A stretch of 64,000 nucleotides of DNA from the human T2T-CHM13v2.0 reference genome, Homo sapiens. Numbering within the stretch: the stretch's first letter is position 1; every line of letters starts with the position of its first letter. The stretch is taken from the NCBI RefSeq assembly GCF_009914755.1, contig NC_060933.1; one strand, written 5' to 3'. The translations under genes and the position numbers were made by a program. Below are positions 57,101 through 64,000 of this stretch, one piece after another. The notes beneath the pieces were generated by a model. It did not search any database. It was not told the origin of the DNA and was given only the letters and a program-made list of their open reading frames with translations.

Positions 57101-58674
57101 CAGTTGTTCCTTAATGTCTTGCCTTATGGAAGCCACTGACCCTCTCTGGGCCTTAGTTTCCCCCTTCCTTAAAGGCTTTTCAGCAAGACGAGGCTATAAT
57201 GAAGAACACTCATGGTACATGATAGATGCTCAACTAAATAGTAGCTAGAATTACGTCTGCAGGCTGGCCATTTATCATTTAGAATTGAATTTTGCACAAA
57301 ATAACCTGTTTGCAGTGGTGACTAGAGGACTAATAGAGTCCAGAGTTTATTTGGTCCACAGGGACTTTGATGTATAATCCTAAACTCAAACACTCACTCT
57401 ACCACTTATTAACTGTGAAACCTGGGACAAGTAACAACTTCTTTGAGCTTCTTTCCCTCTTATACGAGTGGAATATCTTCACAGGCTATAAAAAGTTATG
57501 GCTATGAATGTCTTTATATCATGGTCCCCAGACCAAAGCTGGCTTGGCTGCATCAAAATTAGATTAGGAATAGGCTAAGTGCATGTTGCTGGCCCTAACC
57601 CCATGGATTCTGATTTAAGAGGTCTGGAATAGGGTTCACACTACGCAAACATCTAAGGTGATTTTCTTGCAGGGCCAGGTCTGGGAACCAGTGTTACTCA
57701 GTAAACACCACACACGCCCATCCCTGACGTCATGTCAGCCCCACATCCCCACCACTGCCCTGCCACCTTCGTCTCACTCAGGTAAATGCCTGGACCATCC
57801 AAAGGTTACTGGGAGTACTACAGGAAACCAAAATCCTTCTGAGCTGTAATACTTCATTGCATCCCTTCATATAAACTTGGGTCCCTAGGACTCCAAGAGC
57901 AAAATAAGATTCTCTATGTATCAGATGCAAATCTAATCTATTCCTTAAATATCCTCTTATTTACAGAAATACACTCTGTGAGCCTCTCCTCATGGTATTG
58001 GGTCAGTGAACACTAAACTAAGAGCCAAGTGAGGTGTGGGGGTGGAAAGAGGAGACAGGAAGATCAGGGACATTGAGGAGGAGGAGAGCAAATTAAAGAA
58101 GGCAGAGGGGTCCTATCCCCACTTCCAGGCTACCTCCAGGTGACCCCTTCACACACTATCCTGCTAGTAAGAAGCAGAGACCCAAGTGTGTACTGAGCCT
58201 CTGAGCATATGGCTGGGAACTCTGAGCCCATGGCTGGGACCCACCCCATGAGCCAGGGGTGGAGATCCCCAGGGGTCATTTGGATGTGAAGGGCACACAT
58301 CACGTGGTTCTGGCATATGCTACACTGAACACACCTAGGCTGCTATACCAGCTCAAAAGGTAAGACTCCTGCTCACTCTTCCCCACCAACAGATACCAAA
58401 AAGGGTAGGTGTCTCCAGGAGCAAGAATAAAACAGGGGCTTTCAAGTTTAGTTGTGCCCAAGGAGCTGCTTCTGAAGTGACTTAAACCTTTCATCTGTCA
58501 AAACTTTGTTGAAAAAAACTGAGGTGAAATTCACATAACGAAATTAACCACTTTAAAATGCACATTTTGGTGGCAACCACCATCAGTATGAAGTTTCAAA
58601 CATGTTCATCCCTCGAAAAGAAAACCCTATACCCATTAAGCAGTTATTTCTCAATTACTCTTCCTACCAATAGC

Positions 58675-58980
58675 TTTTTTTTTTTTTTTTTTTTTTGAGA
58701 CAGGATCTTGCTCTGTAACCCAGGCTGGAGTGTAGTAGCCCCATCACAGATCACTGCAGCCTTGACCTCCCAGGCTCAAGCTATTCTGCCCCACCTCAGC
58801 CTCCCAAGTAGCTGTGATGACAGGCACATGCCACCATGCCCGGCTAATTTTTGTATTTTTTGTAGAGGTGGAGTTTTGCCATGTTGCCAGCGCTGGTCTT
58901 GAACTCCTGGGTTCAAGTGGTCCATTCATCTAGGCCTCCCAAAGTGCTGGGATTACAGATGTGAGCCACAGAGCCCAGCC
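58675..58980 (-). mobile_element. AluJ (next to an L1MB 3' fragment at ~58505-58670)
   Basis: AluJ features CACTGCAGCCTTGACCTCCCAGGCTCAAG and TSD CAATAGCTTTTT. Confidence 0.92.
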
Positions 58981-59252
58981 TCAATAGCTTTTTACAGTGA
59001 GTGGGGTTGAGCAGGGGTGATATTCTCCATAGTGAAATTTTATGTAGCCATTGTTTGAGGGACTTTGGGAAACCCTGGGTTCAAAGGGCACAGGGACATT
59101 CTCTCTTCTAAGCAGATGGGAGCAGCCTTCTGGAAAGGCCTAGGGTAACTTTTCCCTTCTCTTGCTCCACCCAGTCCAGTGAGGACAATGCCAGCCTCTT
59201 CTGCTCACACAGGGTTTCATGTGCCCAATAATCTATGAGAACAAGGGCATCA

Positions 59253-59465
<213 letters not shown>

Positions 59466-59634
59466 TCAGCCAGAGCTCACCTTGTGCATTCACGTCCTCA
59501 GGGAGCCTTGTTCACCACCATGGGTCTATGTTCTGAAAAATAAATGTGCTCACTCCAGTCCCTGAAGAAGGGGCTTCCAAACTCTTTTAACCACAAATCC
59601 TCAATGATAAATACATTTTACATCATGAGCCATT

Positions 59635-59662
59635 ACACACACACAAACACACACACACACAC
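59635..59662. repeat. Interrupted (CA)n microsatellite
   Basis: Seen directly. Confidence 0.9.
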
Positions 59663-59859
59663 GGAACCAAAAGGACCCCAAAAAGAGCAGTCAAAATAAT
59701 CCATATGCCATTTAATTTGTCTAATGCTATTTATGACTCAGAGTACTAATTTCACAACACAGTAACTTGTGGAGGTCCACAATTTGGAAACTCTCATGTA
59801 ACATATACAACGGCCTAACTGCTTTTTCTAATTCCTCGGTACATATTCATTCATCCAGT

Positions 59860-60010
59860 TCTCACAATGATCCTACCAGGAAGGTTCTCATTTTATATCG
59901 GAGGAAACTGAGCCACAAAGAGGTTCAGTGACTTGCCCAAAGTCACACAACTTGAATGGAGCAGGACAGGATTTGAGCCAGGCCAACTGGCTGCAGTATG
60001 TGGGCTCCTT
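59860..60010 (-). mobile_element. MIR
   Basis: GAGGAAACTGAGCCACAAAGAGGTTCAGTGACTTGCCCAAAGTCACACAAC. Confidence 0.85.
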
Positions 60011-60671
60011 CCAAGCCACTTTGACCCCCTGGAGCAATCACGAGTCCACTGCAGCTCTGCCAGGAGGCAGCATCTGGTGAGAGTGGCAATGCTGTGAGTG
60101 GTAACTAAATTCCCTGGCTCTCAGCGGGAATGGTAGGGAACCTGCTTCCTTGGTCCTCAGAGCCACTGCATCCCTTCCATAAACCAACACAGAAAGGCAG
60201 TGTGGGAGATTCAGGGGAGCCCAGGACTAAGATCCAAAGACAGGCCTGTGTGACCTTGGGTAAACCCCTAGCTGTTTCTACTTCGGTAAAATAAGGTGGT
60301 TGGACTAGATTATTTCTAAGTTAGTTAGGTTATTTTTCCTTCTAAAATTCTACAAGTGAAAGATGTAACAGCCAAATCTGATTAACATAAATACCACTAC
60401 AACAAAAATCTCTTCATAGCAAAGACCCTTCTAAGCCCTCATCAGGATATCTGATAAGATTAATTTCTGCTTCAATCAAAGTCGCTGACAGACCCATGAA
60501 ATGTTTTAGAGATGTGACCTATTAAAATATATGAAGAAATTAGAGGCATTAAGTGAGCTACTTTTTCAATCCACTAAAAATAATTTTGAAAGATCAGTTT
60601 GGTCTATGTTACATAATGATCTTTTCATTAAAGACCACTACCATTAACTCAGGAAGTTGGATGGGAAAGCC

Positions 60672-61511
60672 ACACCCTCCAGCAAGATCTCCATTGACTA
60701 CTCAAGACCTTGAGAGAAAAAAATGCTGCTGCAGACAATGCAGTGATTAGACAATGCAAGCGTGGCTGAAACAGGGGTCAATGCCTTCCAAAAAGCCTGG
60801 GATGCGCTGCACTGAGTGAAGGACGGGGGTTTATAAGCACATAGTGTGATATGAAACCTCCATTTTCCTGAAATCACTTTTGAGTTTGATTTTGAATAAG
60901 CTTCAAGTTTTTAACTTCCTTCCTGAGAAACCATCTGATATAGCTCAAAAGAGACAAAACATAAAAATGGAATTTGTTTTTAAATGTCTGTAATTGTTTT
61001 TTAATCCAGGAGTCTCAAATGACAAAGCTATACCTAACAGCTGAATTCAATGCCCAGAAAATAATCATTGGCTTTAGTTCCTTTTACACATATACTCTGT
61101 AATCCAATCATCTTTAAAAGGTTGCAGCATTATCCCCTCACCAAACATAACATAGGAGCTCATCATTTTATGATTGAATGGCAAAGCCCTCTTCATTAGG
61201 ATGTACTATAGGGAAGTATTCCCTACCATATTCCAGATATGTGGGTCAAGGCAGTGCATTGTAATAATATGGGATTGAGCAGGCCTTGATTGTTCATGAC
61301 AGATACTGCTGTCATTTTGCCCTAAAGAAGATGTACTCAACAGCACAACAAAGATTTTTTTTAAGGATTAAACACAGCAACCAATATACACCCTCCAGCA
61401 AGATCTCCATTGACTACTGAAGACCCTTGAGAGAAGAAAATGCTGCTGCAGACAACGCAGTGATTAGAGCAGGCAACCGTGGCTGAAACAGGGGCCAATG
61501 CCTTCCAAAAA
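60672..61511. repeat. Pair of ~123-bp direct repeats (60672-60794 and 61388-61511)
   Basis: ACACCCTCCAGCAAGATCTCCATTGACTACT...AATGCCTTCCAAAAA occurs twice, about 90% identical by eye. Confidence 0.95.
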
Positions 61512-63113
61512 CCAGGTCAGGCCAATTCCCATGGTTCCAGACCACCAGGTGGATTCTAGGTCTTTGCTACTGAAGGTATAGCCTACAGATCAACACTATC
61601 ACAGAGCAGCAGCCTCAGTCTCACCCAGGAGGGAGCCTGTTGGAGACAGAATCTCAGGCACTGCTCTAGCCCTGCTGCACCTGGTCTGCATTTTGGCAAA
61701 ATCCCCAGTTAATTCGCATGCACATTGAAGTTTGAGAAGCATTGGTCCAGGAGGATTTCCACAACATGGGAAAAGCACAAAATTTTCCTTTCTCCAGGGA
61801 CCACCACAAAGAAAAAAAAAAAAGCCCCTTTTCCTTGAGAATTGTCTCTTCCTTAACTCAGAAAAATCAGTCCTTTCCTGCCTTGGGTACACAAGCTGCC
61901 TCTGCCATTGTCAGGAGACATCGATAGCCCTTTGCAGTTCTGCCCTGGCCTCTGCACGTTGCCCAGCAAGCCTCACCACCCTGAGACCCTCCATGTCTCA
62001 CTGCTTGGTGCCAAGGAAGTCAGCTTATAGTCCCACATTCTTCGCCTGGAAATCCGAAGTCTGTAAGCCATTTAAGTTCCCACTGTTGTCATTTTTGTCC
62101 CTTAAGCTCAGTTCTTGCACTAAACAAAAGCCTGCATACGCCCAGTACCAAAGGTTGGAAGAGCTGGTTCAGGAGTCAGGTGCATGAGGGGCAGAAGTCC
62201 AGCTACTGCCCATATACCTCACATCAGAAGAGAGACTGGGGAGTAAACAGTGGTTATGACCTGAACCTTCCACATGCTTCCTCCTGAACCTCCTGAAGAT
62301 AGAGGTTCCTTCCCTGCGGCCTAAACCAGTGCCTGGCATGCTGGATGTTACCAGATGAATAAGAAGTCTTTCCTTTTTTCTCATGGAAAACATGAGGTCT
62401 GGGAACAGAAGGAAGCACTTTCCACAAGCCCGCACAGCACTAACAGAGAGCCCCGGGCGAGACAATAGCATCCTGGTATTGGCAGTTCCACAAATGTAGT
62501 GGAATTGGCCAACTTTCATGCATCTCTCTCAAGGTCTGTGTGCAGAAGTGGTTATCAAAGATTTCAAGTAAAAGGATTTCTTTTTAATGTCAGACTTTTG
62601 TTGATTCTCCCACAGGATAGCAGCTCTACGTGCAGTACTGATTGAGCAGAGAAAAAAAAATCAAGCAGCTAATTTAAATTCTTCAGAGCTGTTACCTAAA
62701 TTATGTTTTATTAATCACAACAGTATTTAATACATGTGAAAAGTAGTAAGATATAAATGCGTGAGCAGGGTCTAATACAAAGATCAGTAGGATTTGATAA
62801 TCTGTGCTTAAAATCCATATGTGCATAAGTATAGACTTTTGATGCTGTCTCTAAATGAGGTTGTATGGTCTCAGAAATGCACTGACAGGGTTGAAAGAAT
62901 TTGTTCAACTACACAACTTAACTTGTGTCTCAATACTGGTCCTTATTATCTATAGTACACTGTGACTTGATTCTTTTTATAAATACTGTACTAAAATAAT
63001 GTGAAGACAATTGCAATATTTTTAATGTGTTAAAATCTATAAGCCAATGCTAGCCAAGATGTGACCCATGGACTATGCCAGAACATGAACAGTGCATGAC
63101 TGGTCCTCCAAGA

Positions 63114-63598
63114 CAGCAGTCACCATCCTTTTTGGAACCAGGGACCAGTTTCACGGAAGATAATTTTTCCAACGACAGGGTGGTGGGATGGTTTCAGGAT
63201 GATTCAGGCACCTAACATTTATTGTGCACTTTATTTCTATTATTATTGTATTGTAATATATAAGGAAATAATTATACAATTTACCATAATGTAGACTCGG
63301 TGGGAGCCCTGAGCTTGTTTTCCTGCAACTAACTGGGGGTGGTGGGAGACAGTGACAGATCATCAGGCATTAGATTCTCATAAGGAGTGTGCAGCCTAGA
63401 TCTCTCACCTGCACAGCTCACAATAGCTTTGCACTCCCATGAGAATCTAATGCTGCCGCTGATCTGACAGGAGGTGGAGCTCAGGTAGTACTGCGAGGGA
63501 TGGGGAGCAGCTGTAAATACAGATGAAGCTTCTTGCTTGCCCGCAGCTCACCTACTGCTATGCAGCTCAGTTCTGAGGCCCGGGGATTGGATCCCCTA
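63114..63598. mobile_element. MER1A hAT-Charlie DNA transposon
   Basis: Matches the MER1A body, with 8-bp TSD CTCCAAGA / CTCCAAAA (63106-63113 and 63599-63606). Confidence 0.92.
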
Positions 63599-64000
63599 CT
63601 CCAAAAAACAAGTGCAGAAATTAAGATCAATTTAATTCTATTGTGTGTGTGTTTTTGATTTTGTTTTTTTTTTTGTTGTTGTTTTTTTTTTTTACAAATA
63701 TTGGTCCAAAGTAGACTGGAGGAATAAAAATCTAGTACTTGTGTCTCCCCACAGAGAGTTTGAGAGTTTGAGACTCTCTGATCTAAACTGTGCCACCAGG
63801 CTTGGGGGTTCTGTTTGGGATTTCTTTAGTCCACAAGCCCCAAAGTGTAAAAGGGGTTGTGTCCTCTCTCTCACCTTCTCTGCCCATTTTTCAGACAATT
63901 TTTAGTGTGCGTTGGATTGCTGAACCCCCTGCAATAATCTCATCTTCCCTCAGGGTGGAAAGTGTTAGTCTCCTGGGTATGGCAGGATACTTGGCATAAT

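Overview
This is human (primate) genomic DNA lying entirely inside the minus-strand gene FRMD3 (FERM-domain protein 4.1O family). Five internal coding exons (numbered 2-6 from my recollection of the canonical transcript) have GT-AG boundaries and join in one frame, encoding most of FERM lobes F1-F2: RETKGQFL...KQR / HWLEPNKSIFKQMK / THPPYTMCF...ELTR / YLLYLQ...CIVQ / AELGDYD...KNELR. The rest is intron filled with Alu, L1, L2, MIR, LTR and hAT DNA-transposon relics and microsatellites. Nearly all ORFs in the supplied track are spurious. I see no prokaryotic-type system and no clearly new gene. The most interesting observations are: (1) a phase-matched alternative first exon (ATG GTG TTC AGA AG|GT, MVFR) lying antisense in an MLT1 LTR, with ETS and GC-box motifs and a consensus CTCF site upstream; (2) a 1.2-kb cluster of nested inverted and tandem duplications in intron 5, including a ~200-bp inverted duplication of an Alu monomer together with its flanks; (3) several locally templated direct repeats, one being a perfect 37-mer carrying an AP-1 site. 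Repeat boundaries and subfamily names were assigned by eye and are approximate.
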